This document shows positions 1 to 8,461 of a stretch of DNA of 64,000 nt, one piece after another (the stretch's first letter is position 1; each line of letters opens with the position of its first letter). This DNA is from Dehalococcoidia bacterium (GTDB lineage: Bacteria > Chloroflexota > Dehalococcoidia > Dehalococcoidales > BS750m-G39). A program made the position numbers and the translations under genes. Below the pieces are notes generated by a model, which was given only the letters and a program-made list of their open reading frames with translations, was not told where the DNA came from and ran no database searches. The stretch spans positions 142,684 through 206,683 of the forward strand of contig JASFHK010000001.1 in assembly GCA_050123275.1 (NCBI GenBank), in the 5' to 3' direction.

Positions 1-303
1 AAAGACCATGTTTTCCAGCGAGGAGAGGTCTTCGTAGAGGGCCAGTTCCTGGGGGCAGACCCCGATGAGGGCGCGCACGGCTTCGGCTTCGCGCTTGATG
101 GAGTGCCCGCCCACGGTGACGTCGCCCTGGTCTGGTTCCAGAACGGTGGAAAGCATGCGGATGGTGGTCGTCTTGCCGGCGCCGTTGGGCCCCAGCAGCC
201 CGAAGATTTCCCCTTTATGGATGGTGAAGGAAACGCCGTTGACGGCTTTGTGCTCGTTAAAGCTCTTCTGCAGGTCGGTAGCTACCAGGAACTCTTCAGC
301 CAT
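1..303 (-). CDS. ABC transporter ATP-binding protein, N-terminal part (gene continues past the left window edge)
   Basis: Own translation of the minus strand from the ATG at 303: MAEEFLVATDLQKSF..GEIFGLLGPNGAGKTTTIRML. Walker A GPNGAGKT. Not in the ORF track because it has no stop inside the window. Confidence 0.85.
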   Translation of the reverse strand, partial: MAEEFLVATDLQKSFNEHKAVNGVSFTIHKGEIFGLLGPNGAGKTTTIRMLSTVLEPDQGDVTVGGHSIKREAEAVRALIGVCPQELALYEDLSSLENMVF

Positions 304-391
304 AGTCTTCCCCCTCGTCGGCGGGTTATAGCGGGAATCGCTTTTGCCCGATTATATATCGTAATTCTAGGGTTATCAAGCCTGCCTGCGC

Positions 392-1519
392 CTAGATAAA
401 GCGTTCCATGAGGGAGTAGATTATCTCTTCGTCAACCTTGCCGTCCTTGGCCACCCGGGCTACGGCCTGTGCCACCAGCCCGTGTTTGCCGGCGTCGTTG
501 AGGTCGTCCAGCGTGGCATAAACGCCCATCCTTCTCCCCAGCCGGAAGTTCTGTCTCTCCTCGTCGGCAAGGCTCTGGTAGCGGGCGATGACGGCCAGCA
601 TGTCGTCTTTGGCTTCGGGCAACTGCCCCTCGATTTCCTGGAGCAGGTTGGTGATGTGGTCGCTGACAAAATAGGATTTACAGTTCAGGTTCTCGATTAA
701 GAGCTTTTCCTCGGCGACAATCTCCTCGTCGGTGGCGCGGACGAACTTGCCCTCTTTGACCTCTTCGTAGAGGGGCATGCCCTCTTTTATGGTCAGCGTG
801 CGCACCCGGATGAAGTCGGCGTTTATTTGGCTCAAGACCTTGCCCGTCTCGGTGGCGTGCTCCCGCCACCGCTGGTGTCCCCCCATCCCCTGAAGCACGT
901 ATTCCGAGAGCGAAATGCCCGAGGCGACCACGTTCTTACCCCCGGCGATGTGGTCGGCGGCGGTCACCCCCTTGTCCATGTAGGCCAGTATGGGGTCGTA
1001 GCCCGATTCCAGGCCGATGTGCAGCCGGTCCAGCCCGGCCTCATGCAGCGCCTTGAGCTCGTCCAGCTTCTTCTTGGCGGCGGTCTTGGAACGGCCGTAG
1101 CTGGTGATGCGGGTAATGCTGGGCAGTGTTTCCTTGAGGAATTTGATGACCTCGACCAGGTCTTTGGTGGGCATAATCAGGGTGTTGGCGTCCTGGAGGA
1201 AGGCGCTGGTGCCCCCGTGGTAGAGCCAGAGAGCGACGTTGAAGTGGGTCTCGCTCAAGGGGTTGTTTAATATCGAAACGGCGGCGGCTTCCAGTCCCCC
1301 CGCGCGCCCCGCCGCCTCCAGCAGCTGGTCCTGAATGGCCTTGACGTTGAGGATTTCCTGCTTGATATCGGCTACCGGCCTCAGCTCGAACCTCTGGCCT
1401 TTGTAAATGTGGCAGAACTTGCAGCGGTTCCAGGAGCAGTTGCGGGTCACCCGGAGCAGCAAAGAGGTCGCCTCGCTGGGCGGCCTGATGGGCCCCAGTT
1501 CGAGAGCGTCAATGGTCAC
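392..1519 (-). CDS. radical SAM domain protein (Cys triad spaced CX4CX2C)
   Basis: 375-aa ORF. N-terminal GPIRPPSEA..RNCSWNRCKFCHIYKG checked against the DNA. Lies 9 nt downstream of the MBL gene on the same strand. Confidence 0.8.
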   Translation of the reverse strand: MTIDALELGPIRPPSEATSLLLRVTRNCSWNRCKFCHIYKGQRFELRPVADIKQEILNVKAIQDQLLEAAGRAGGLEAAAVSILNNPLSETHFNVALWLYHGGTSAFLQDANTLIMPTKDLVEVIKFLKETLPSITRITSYGRSKTAAKKKLDELKALHEAGLDRLHIGLESGYDPILAYMDKGVTAADHIAGGKNVVASGISLSEYVLQGMGGHQRWREHATETGKVLSQINADFIRVRTLTIKEGMPLYEEVKEGKFVRATDEEIVAEEKLLIENLNCKSYFVSDHITNLLQEIEGQLPEAKDDMLAVIARYQSLADEERQNFRLGRRMGVYATLDDLNDAGKHGLVAQAVARVAKDGKVDEEIIYSLMERFI

Positions 1520-1528
1520 GGGCGCCCC

Positions 1529-2191
1529 CTAAAGATAGCCGAAGACATACTTTTTGATGAATTCAAAGTTATTCTGTACGTTTTGCTTGCCGACGACGAT
1601 GTTCATGTGCCCCGGCAGCAGGTACTCGACGTCGAGCTGGGACAGCCTCTCGATGGAGGCCTTGAGCTGGTCGGCGCTGCCCCCGGGCAGGTCCACCCGA
1701 CCCGTGTTCTGGTTGAAGATAACGTCGCCGCAGATGAGCGCCTTTTCCGAGGGGATATAAAAACAGACGCTGTCCAGCGAGTGACCCGGGGAGGGGATAA
1801 GCTCGATTTCGGTCTCGCCCAGCTTGAATTTGGCGCTGTCCATCAGCCTGTCCTCGGTGAACTCGGAGGCTTCGACGCCGAAGAACTGCGCCGTCTGGAC
1901 GGCGGCGACTTGCCCCTGCTCCTTTTGCACCGGGTGGAGCAATATCTCCGCCTCGGAGAGGTTCTTGAAGGGCTCGTTGGCCCAGCAATGGTCGCCGTGG
2001 AGGTGGGTGTTGGCGATGAAATCTATATCCTTGGGGTCGATGCCGTCGCGGTTCATTTCCTCGACCAGCGCCGGCAGGAATTGCGTCAGGCCCGGGTCGA
2101 TGAGAAGGCATTGATTATCCTTAACCACGTAGGTGTTGCAGTCCATCATCCCTTTTTCCGAAAAAAAGTATAATTTTTTGGTTAGCTCCAT
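1529..2191 (-). CDS. MBL-fold metallo-hydrolase
   Basis: 220-aa ORF with the HLHGDH zinc motif and a later PGH motif. Confidence 0.85.
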   Translation of the reverse strand: MELTKKLYFFSEKGMMDCNTYVVKDNQCLLIDPGLTQFLPALVEEMNRDGIDPKDIDFIANTHLHGDHCWANEPFKNLSEAEILLHPVQKEQGQVAAVQTAQFFGVEASEFTEDRLMDSAKFKLGETEIELIPSPGHSLDSVCFYIPSEKALICGDVIFNQNTGRVDLPGGSADQLKASIERLSQLDVEYLLPGHMNIVVGKQNVQNNFEFIKKYVFGYL

Positions 2192-2303
2192 AGAATTTCT
2201 ACCTCTAATCTATTGACTTGGTCTATTCGTCGCCTTATTATATAGCAATCACGACGGGTTCTTCAACGAGCCCCGTGGCTCACAGAAAGGAGGTTATCAA
2301 GGT

Positions 2304-2477
2304 ATGCTTTGCGCTATTATTAACATCCTGGCTGGGCTGTGTGGCGTGATGGGTATCCTCACTGCCGCCGACGTTTTGGAGCCGCTGATGACGCAGATGG
2401 GCTATCTGTTCTGGTTCGTGCTCGCTGCCCTTCTCTTCCTGGCCACTATCGCCATTAACGTTGGTCGTAACGAATAA
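2304..2477 (+). CDS. small hydrophobic membrane protein (57 aa)
   Basis: Below the ORF-track size cutoff. ATG at 2304 preceded by GAAAGGAGG. Translation MLCAIINILAGLCGVMGILTAADV..FWFVLAALLFLATIAINVGRNE has two hydrophobic helices. Confidence 0.45.
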   Translation: MLCAIINILAGLCGVMGILTAADVLEPLMTQMGYLFWFVLAALLFLATIAINVGRNE

Positions 2478-2495
2478 GCTGATCTAAAGATTATC

Positions 2496-2777
2496 GTGTC
2501 TCTTTCGGAAAGCGGGGTCGAGCTTCAACTACGCGTCTCCCCCAACGCCGCCAGAAACGAACTGGCCGGCTGTGTTGAGGGGGTATGGTGGGTGAAGGTG
2601 GCGGCTCCGCCGGTAAGGGGCAAAGCCAACCAAGAGTTAATCGCCTTTCTCGCCCGCAAACTGGGCCTGAGCAAAGGCGATTTAACTATTCTCAAGGGCC
2701 ACACCTCGCGCAGCAAGGTGGTGGCGGTCAGAGGCCTGACACGGGAAGAGCTTAGCCGTCGGCTCTCAACCGGCTAA
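2496..2777 (+). CDS. DUF167 (YggU-like) family protein
   Basis: 93 aa with a GTG start. LRVSPNAARNEL..VKVAAPPVRGKANQELIAFLARKLG pattern typical of UPF0235/DUF167. Confidence 0.75.
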   Translation: MSLSESGVELQLRVSPNAARNELAGCVEGVWWVKVAAPPVRGKANQELIAFLARKLGLSKGDLTILKGHTSRSKVVAVRGLTREELSRRLSTG

Positions 2778-2811
2778 GCCCTTCCCGATATCTTTTCTTT
2801 GGTTTCCTTAG

Positions 2812-3750
2812 TTATTTATTGGCTTGCTTGCGCTTGTGGCGCCGCCAGAGGAAAATTCCTAAAGCTGTGCCCCAGATGGGGATGAAGATCAAAATCCAGA
2901 TGAGGATGGTGCCCAGCACCTGTCCCGCCGTAACCAGCCCCCGCGCCGCCGACTTGAGCACTTCCAGCGCGCTCCAGCCGACGCGTACCAGCGGCTTGTC
3001 CGTGGTCTCGGGCTCCAGGTAGACCGAAATCATACTGGTCGAGGTGGTCTGCTCCAGATACTGTATCCGGCCCTTGAGTTGCTCTATCTCCTCGCGTATC
3101 CGCGTCAGGTAGCTATAGATGCTTAAGGTATCTTCCACGTCTTCGGCCTTGTCCAGCAGCACCAGGTATTGCTGCTCGGTGGCTTCGGCGTTTTCCAGCC
3201 TGGCCTGAAGGTCGATATACTCCTCGGTGACGTCATATGCGGAGGTCTGCTCCGATTCCACCCTCACCGCCAGGTCGTGCAGTTGCTCCAGCGCCGTGTC
3301 GAACTTGTCTTCGGGCACGCGGAAGGTAATCCAGCCCCTTGTCTCCTCTTCTTCCCCGGAGATATAAGACGATACCACCCAGCCGCCGAAGGCCGACGCC
3401 ATCTGGGTTATGCTCTCCAGTGACTGCTCGATGTCCTCCACTACCAGCGAAATATCGCCGTTGCGGACTATCATCCGCTCCACGGAGTCTATGTCCACCA
3501 GCGAGCTGGGAGTGGTTTCTTCGTCGTAGTATTCGACACCCCCGTCGTAGCTCTTGCTTTCGCCGCTCCCCGGCGTCGAGGGCTCTGTCGGCGGCATCGG
3601 CACCGACGGGCTGCTAACGTATTCCTCCGTGGCCTGGTCGCCGTTCCAGCCCGGGCTGGCGTGGTTGGCGTCTTCCCCCGCGCAGGCGGCGAGCGGCACC
3701 AGCACCAGAACCGCGGCTAACAGACCGATTATCAGCTTTTTCATAAGCAA
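2812..3750 (-). CDS. lipoprotein with coiled-coil region and C-terminal TM segment (DUF4349-like)
   Basis: 312 aa. Signal peptide plus lipobox LAACAG, Glu-rich coiled-coil centre, C-terminal hydrophobic segment then RRHKRK. Start could be TTG 3750 or ATG 3744. Confidence 0.6.
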   Translation of the reverse strand: MLMKKLIIGLLAAVLVLVPLAACAGEDANHASPGWNGDQATEEYVSSPSVPMPPTEPSTPGSGESKSYDGGVEYYDEETTPSSLVDIDSVERMIVRNGDISLVVEDIEQSLESITQMASAFGGWVVSSYISGEEEETRGWITFRVPEDKFDTALEQLHDLAVRVESEQTSAYDVTEEYIDLQARLENAEATEQQYLVLLDKAEDVEDTLSIYSYLTRIREEIEQLKGRIQYLEQTTSTSMISVYLEPETTDKPLVRVGWSALEVLKSAARGLVTAGQVLGTILIWILIFIPIWGTALGIFLWRRHKRKQANK

Positions 3751-3821
3751 GGTACCCCTTTCGCTATCTCTCTCTTTACTATACTATAACGCAGAGCCGA
3801 CTAAAAGGTTAGGGGTTGGGG

Positions 3822-3867
3822 TGAAAATAAAATAACAGAAAGCGGCTGGCGGTTAACCGCCAGCCGC
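3822..3867 (-). terminator. intrinsic terminator after the comEA-comEC operon
   Basis: Perfect 11-bp stem GCGGCTGGCGG/CCGCCAGCCGC (3842-3852 / 3857-3867) with loop TTAA. On the minus strand it is followed by TTTCTGTTATTTTATTTTC. Confidence 0.55.
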
Positions 3868-3890
3868 CCCTTTATGCAACCCTTTACCCT

Positions 3891-4046
3891 TTAGGGCTCG
3901 GTAACGACCACGTTGTCGTAACCGACCTCGGTGTACGAGCCCGAGAGCGCATTGGCGGCAAGGGTGATATCGCCGCCGCTGAAGGTGCTGTCGTAGACGG
4001 TGTCCAGCAGGTGCCCGTTGACGTAAAGACTAAGACCCGTCCGCCC
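3891..4046 (-). pseudogene. start-less C-terminal remnant of a LamG/concanavalin-like domain gene
   Basis: Own translation: ..LYVNGHLLDTVYDSTFSGGDITLAANALSGSYTEVGYDNVVVTEP*. The frame is open only from 4046. No ATG/GTG/TTG before the last few codons. Overlaps the comEC 3' end. Confidence 0.35.
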
Positions 4047-6438
4047 TTACCCACAGCCTCTCCCCGTCGGTGATGAACTCTATGGTGCCCAGCTCGTCGG
4101 TGCGATAGACATTGGCTGCTCCCAGGCTCTCTTCCAGGCTGGCCACCACCCCGCCGTGAGGGTGGCCGTAGGGGTTGGGCCCCACCGAGATAACCGCCAC
4201 CTCGGGGGCAGCCGCCGCCAGGAAATCCTGGCTGGTGGAGGTGAGTGAGCCGCTGTGCCCCACCTTGAGCACGGTGCTGCCCAGCCCGGCGCCGCGGGCG
4301 ATGAGCCCCAGCTCGGCCTCCAGCTCAATATCCCCGGTGAGCAAAAAGCTGACCTCTCCCATGACGAGCCGCAAGACGGCGCTGTTATTGTTCAGGTCGG
4401 AGTTGGTGCCCTCGAGCAATGTCGCCGGCGGGTTGAGCACGGCCATGGTCGCCCCGTCTCCCAGCACCACCCCCTGCCCGGCCCGGGCTACGGTGATGGG
4501 TATGTCGTTGGCCTCGATCAGGGCTTGCCATTCGTCGTAAAGGGCCGAGCCGTATTCCAGGTCGGGGTGGAGCACCCGTTCCACCTCATAGCGCTCCAGC
4601 ACCTCGACCAGCCCGCCGAGGTGGTCTTCGTGGGGGTGGGTCAGCACCACCAGCTCTATGGTGCGGTCCCAGAAGGGCATCCGCTCGCCCAGCTCCAGCG
4701 CCAGCGCCCGCGGGTTGGGGCCGCCATCGATGAGCACCTGCTGGTGGCCCCGCTGCACCAGTATGGCGTCGCCCTGCCCGACATCCAGAAAGCTGACGTG
4801 AAGCTTGTCGTCGGGCATAGCTACCGCCGCCGCCGTTACCAGCACGGCCAGTACGGCCAGCGGCGGTACCACCCATTTCCAGGGCAGGCGGCAAAAGCCC
4901 CTCGCCCCCGCCCCCAGCCAACTTTTGACCTTTTCCCGCCAGTCCCGCCGGCGGATAAGCCCGATGGCGATAGCCAGGGCGACGTAATAGACGACGATGA
5001 AAGCGGGGCTTATCGAGGCGACCTCTACCGAGGAGAAGGGCAGGGCGGCGAAGCCGCCGGCGATAACGAGCATGTAAGAGCTAAAGACCCAGCTGACCCA
5101 GCCGATGGCCTGGGCCACGGGCACCAGTAACAGCCCCAAAATACCCGCCGCCGCCCCGAGGACGATGATAAAAGGCAGCGCCGGAGCCGCCAGCAGCGTG
5201 GCCAGCGGCCCCACCAGCGAGACGACGCCGAAATAATAGGCAATCAGGGGCCAGACGGCGATGACGGCGGCCAGAGTCACCGCCAGCCCGTCGCTGACTA
5301 TATTGGCTATGTTGGCTATACTCCTCTCCTTCAGCCCGGCTTTGACCACCCTCTGTCCCAGCCCTATCAGCGGCGGCGCGATGAAAATCAGTCCGGCCAT
5401 GGCGGCGAAGCTAAGCTGGAAGGCGGCGTCGAAGACGATGGGCGGGTCTAGCCCCACCATCACCGCCGCGGCCAGCGCCAGCGAGGTGACGGCGGTGCGC
5501 TGTCTCCCCATTAGCTCGGCGCTCAAGAAGAGGCTGGCCATAATCGCCCCTCTGACCACGGGCGGGTTGAAGCCGGTGATGATGGCGTAGAGCCAGATGA
5601 CGCCCAGCGCCAGCCATATGTAGATGAAACGCCTCCTGCCGAAAAGCCAGATGCCGACGCTGAGCAGAATGCCGGCCATGATGCTCAAATGCAGCCCGGA
5701 GATAGCCAGCAAATGGGCGGTGCCGGTGCGGGCGAAATCGTCCTTAACGTCCTGGGGGATGTTCTCCCGTATGCCGAGCAGGACGCCCTGAGTCAGCGAC
5801 GCCTGCGGCTCGGGCATGACACGCTCCAGGCTGTCGGCGAGGCTGTGCCGGAAAGAATAAATCCACTCCAGCGGTTTGGCCCCCTGTCCTGTCTCCAAAA
5901 CCTCGATATCCGCCGAACGATAAAAACGCATGGTGGCGTAGATACCCTGGTGCTCCAGGTAGCCCGTGTAATCGAAATCGCCGAAAGATTGCGGCGCTTC
6001 CAGCTCCCCCGTTACCGCCAGCACATCGCCATACTGGTATTCGGGGTAGCGGGGGAGGAAGAGCAGGACATCGCCTTCCACCGCCCGCCGTTCCCCGTTT
6101 TCCGGCTCTATAGCGCTCAGCGAAAGCCTGACCTGGGTGGCGCTGTCCCCGACCTCGGGGTCGGCGCTGACCATCCCCTCGATAACGACTTCCTGCCCGT
6201 TATAAGACTTTACGTGGCTGCCGTCTTCGGGGGGCAGGTTGGACTGGTAGCACATGGCCCCGCCCAGAAAGGCAATCAGGCAGGCGGCGCCGACGATTAT
6301 CGGCTTGCGCCAGCGGGGAAGGAAAAAGAGGCAGAGAAGGGGAGCCAGACCGATAAAGATAAGGGCGGAGTGGGGGGCGAATAGCGACCCCAGGAGGATA
6401 CCGGCTATCCAGGCAGCGCTGATGTAGATAAGCGCCAA
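4030..6438 (-). CDS. comEC: DNA internalization-related competence protein ComEC/Rec2
   Basis: 802 aa. Polytopic membrane core plus a C-terminal MBL domain (HPHEDH, VGHSGS). Sits immediately downstream of comEA. Confidence 0.9.
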   Translation of the reverse strand: MALIYISAAWIAGILLGSLFAPHSALIFIGLAPLLCLFFLPRWRKPIIVGAACLIAFLGGAMCYQSNLPPEDGSHVKSYNGQEVVIEGMVSADPEVGDSATQVRLSLSAIEPENGERRAVEGDVLLFLPRYPEYQYGDVLAVTGELEAPQSFGDFDYTGYLEHQGIYATMRFYRSADIEVLETGQGAKPLEWIYSFRHSLADSLERVMPEPQASLTQGVLLGIRENIPQDVKDDFARTGTAHLLAISGLHLSIMAGILLSVGIWLFGRRRFIYIWLALGVIWLYAIITGFNPPVVRGAIMASLFLSAELMGRQRTAVTSLALAAAVMVGLDPPIVFDAAFQLSFAAMAGLIFIAPPLIGLGQRVVKAGLKERSIANIANIVSDGLAVTLAAVIAVWPLIAYYFGVVSLVGPLATLLAAPALPFIIVLGAAAGILGLLLVPVAQAIGWVSWVFSSYMLVIAGGFAALPFSSVEVASISPAFIVVYYVALAIAIGLIRRRDWREKVKSWLGAGARGFCRLPWKWVVPPLAVLAVLVTAAAVAMPDDKLHVSFLDVGQGDAILVQRGHQQVLIDGGPNPRALALELGERMPFWDRTIELVVLTHPHEDHLGGLVEVLERYEVERVLHPDLEYGSALYDEWQALIEANDIPITVARAGQGVVLGDGATMAVLNPPATLLEGTNSDLNNNSAVLRLVMGEVSFLLTGDIELEAELGLIARGAGLGSTVLKVGHSGSLTSTSQDFLAAAAPEVAVISVGPNPYGHPHGGVVASLEESLGAANVYRTDELGTIEFITDGERLWVRADGS

Positions 6439-6456
6439 CGGCCTTCCCTTCGCTTT

Positions 6457-6828
6457 TTAATCGCTTACGGTAAGCATGTCCTTAAAGTTCTGGTACATGG
6501 ACGTGCTGATGCCGGGGACGTTGGTTATCTCGTAGGTGTTGCTGAAATAGCCGTGCTGCTGCCGGTAATCGATGATGGCCTGCGCCTTGGAGGGGCCGAT
6601 GCCGGGCAGCGCCTCCAGCAGCCAGGCTTCGGCGCGGTTGATGTCTATCTTTTGGGAGTCGGCTTCGCTGACGGTGCCCCCGGCGTCGGGCGACGCCTCC
6701 GCCAGAATAATCTCTACGGGATCGGCGGGGCGGTAGTGTTGCCAGACGATGACCCCCCCGATAACGATGACGACGATAAGCGAGAGGGTAACCAGCGCCC
6801 AGAATTTGTCGCGCCCGCCTGTAGCCAC
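6457..6828 (-). CDS. comEA: ComEA family helix-hairpin-helix DNA-binding protein
   Basis: 123 aa. N-terminal TM anchor and C-terminal HhH (INRAEAWLLEALPGIGPSKAQAIIDYR). Confidence 0.85.
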   Translation of the reverse strand: MATGGRDKFWALVTLSLIVVIVIGGVIVWQHYRPADPVEIILAEASPDAGGTVSEADSQKIDINRAEAWLLEALPGIGPSKAQAIIDYRQQHGYFSNTYEITNVPGISTSMYQNFKDMLTVSD

Positions 6829-6867
6829 GGGAAGCCTCCTGGTGTTAGCTTCACCGGGTATGACTTA

Positions 6868-7530
6868 TTAAGAGCCCCTGAGGGCGGTCCCCAACGCTTC
6901 TTCCGTCTCGCGGGTGGTGATGGCGATGATGTGGTCTTCCGCCTCGAGTACGGTATCCTCGTCGGGGACGAAAGGCTTTTGCTGTCCGCGAATAACCAGC
7001 GACAGGCTGTTCCCCACCGGCAGCGGCAGCTCCTTCACCGTCTTGCCGATGGTGGTGGCGTGTTGCGGAACTTTTATCTCCACTATCTCCAGCCCTTGCT
7101 CCGGGACGTCCGAGAGGTGGGTGATGGGGTGGGTGGGCACCTCTTCCTCGATGTTTTCCAGGATAATCTTGGTGCTGCTGATGGTGACGTTGATGCCCAG
7201 CGTCTTGAAGATACCCTCGTTTTTGGGGTTGTTGATGCGGGCCACGGTGTGGGCCACGTTGAATTTATGCTTGGCGGCCTGGCAGGAAATCAGGTTGTCC
7301 TCGTCGTCGCCGGTGACGGCGACGAACATATCGGCCCGCGCCGCTCCGGCTTCTTCCAGCGTGGTCACCTCGCAGCCGTCGCCGCGGACGCAGACGCTGC
7401 CCAGGTCGTTGCAGATAAAATTGGTGCGGGCGGCGTCCTTTTCCAGGACCAGTATCTCGTGGCCCTCGTCGAGCAACGCCTTGGCCAGGTAATAGCCCAC
7501 CTGCCCCCCGCCGACAACAATGATATACAT
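6868..7530 (-). CDS. trkA: Trk-type K+ transport regulatory protein TrkA (TrkA-N + TrkA-C)
   Basis: 220 aa. Rossmann motif VVGGGQVG and a C-terminal RCK_C-like part. Confidence 0.85.
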   Translation of the reverse strand: MYIIVVGGGQVGYYLAKALLDEGHEILVLEKDAARTNFICNDLGSVCVRGDGCEVTTLEEAGAARADMFVAVTGDDEDNLISCQAAKHKFNVAHTVARINNPKNEGIFKTLGINVTISSTKIILENIEEEVPTHPITHLSDVPEQGLEIVEIKVPQHATTIGKTVKELPLPVGNSLSLVIRGQQKPFVPDEDTVLEAEDHIIAITTRETEEALGTALRGS

Positions 7531-7964
7531 TACTTAGTCTTCTTGGCTCCTTCCCCTTTTTCTTCGAGTAGCTTTACTTTAAGCATCTCGGCGAAGATAG
7601 TGGTCGGGCTGAAGGTCTCGAGGCCCAGCGAGCTGAAAAGCTCCTGCCGCAGGGGGTCGTAGGTGCGGCAGAGCACCCGGGGCACGTTAAAAATGTGCTT
7701 GGCAATCTGGCAGGCCATGATGTTGCGGTTGTCCCCCTGGGTGAGGGCGATAAAAATGTCGGCTTTCTCGATGCCGGCTTTTTTGAGCGACTCCTCGTCG
7801 ATACCGTTACCCACCAGTGCCGTGCCGCCGAAATCGGACGGCAGGCGGCGGAAGCTGTATTCTTCGACATCGAGGATGCTGACGCCGTGACCCTCGCTGT
7901 CGAGGAGACCGGCCAGCCTGCCTCCCACCCGTCCGCAGCCCATAATTACTATTTTCATCTTCAT
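7530..7964 (-). CDS. TrkA-N (RCK N-terminal) domain protein
   Basis: 144 aa with IMGCGRVGGRLA Rossmann motif. Its stop overlaps the start of the downstream trkA. Confidence 0.8.
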   Translation of the reverse strand: MKMKIVIMGCGRVGGRLAGLLDSEGHGVSILDVEEYSFRRLPSDFGGTALVGNGIDEESLKKAGIEKADIFIALTQGDNRNIMACQIAKHIFNVPRVLCRTYDPLRQELFSSLGLETFSPTTIFAEMLKVKLLEEKGEGAKKTK

Positions 7965-7979
7965 AACCTTTAACCCGGG

Positions 7980-8402
7980 TTAGCGGGTGTATTTGTGGTA
8001 CAGTATAACCGGACAGGGCGCGTTTTGCAGCACGTAGGGCACCACCTTGCCCATGTAAAACTGCCCGAACCGCTTTTTGTGGATGACGCCCATCAAAATC
8101 AGGTCGGCGCCTCTTTCGGCGGCCTCGTCGACGATGGTCGGCCCCGCCTCGCGGGCCTGGAGCAGGTCGGTCTCTACCTCCCGCCCCTCGTCCTCGGCGA
8201 CGGTGGCGATGCGGTCCAGCACCTCCTCGGCTTTATTGACCTCGCGCTTGATTTCAGCGTCCAGCGGCAACGTGCGCTGCACGGTGAGCACGTAGATCAC
8301 CCATATTTTAGCCTTGCTCTTGGCCAGCTGGCAGGCCAGCTTCATTATCTCGTCGTCGATGGCGCTGCCGCTTATCGGCACCAGTATCTTAGAAAACTCC
8401 AT
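7980..8402 (-). CDS. universal stress protein (UspA family)
   Basis: 140 aa. ILVPISGS .. GADLILMG .. G(x)V pattern. Confidence 0.8.
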   Translation of the reverse strand: MEFSKILVPISGSAIDDEIMKLACQLAKSKAKIWVIYVLTVQRTLPLDAEIKREVNKAEEVLDRIATVAEDEGREVETDLLQAREAGPTIVDEAAERGADLILMGVIHKKRFGQFYMGKVVPYVLQNAPCPVILYHKYTR

Positions 8403-8461
8403 CAGTTCCCGTTACGGCCCTGCTTAGAGATTACCCGTATTATAATCCCCTGCGGGCGACT

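Noticed and set aside
6553-7662. 369-aa plus-strand ORF antisense to comEA/trkA
   Set aside because: It is a shadow ORF spanning several real minus-strand genes and their intergenic gaps, and no motif is recognisable.
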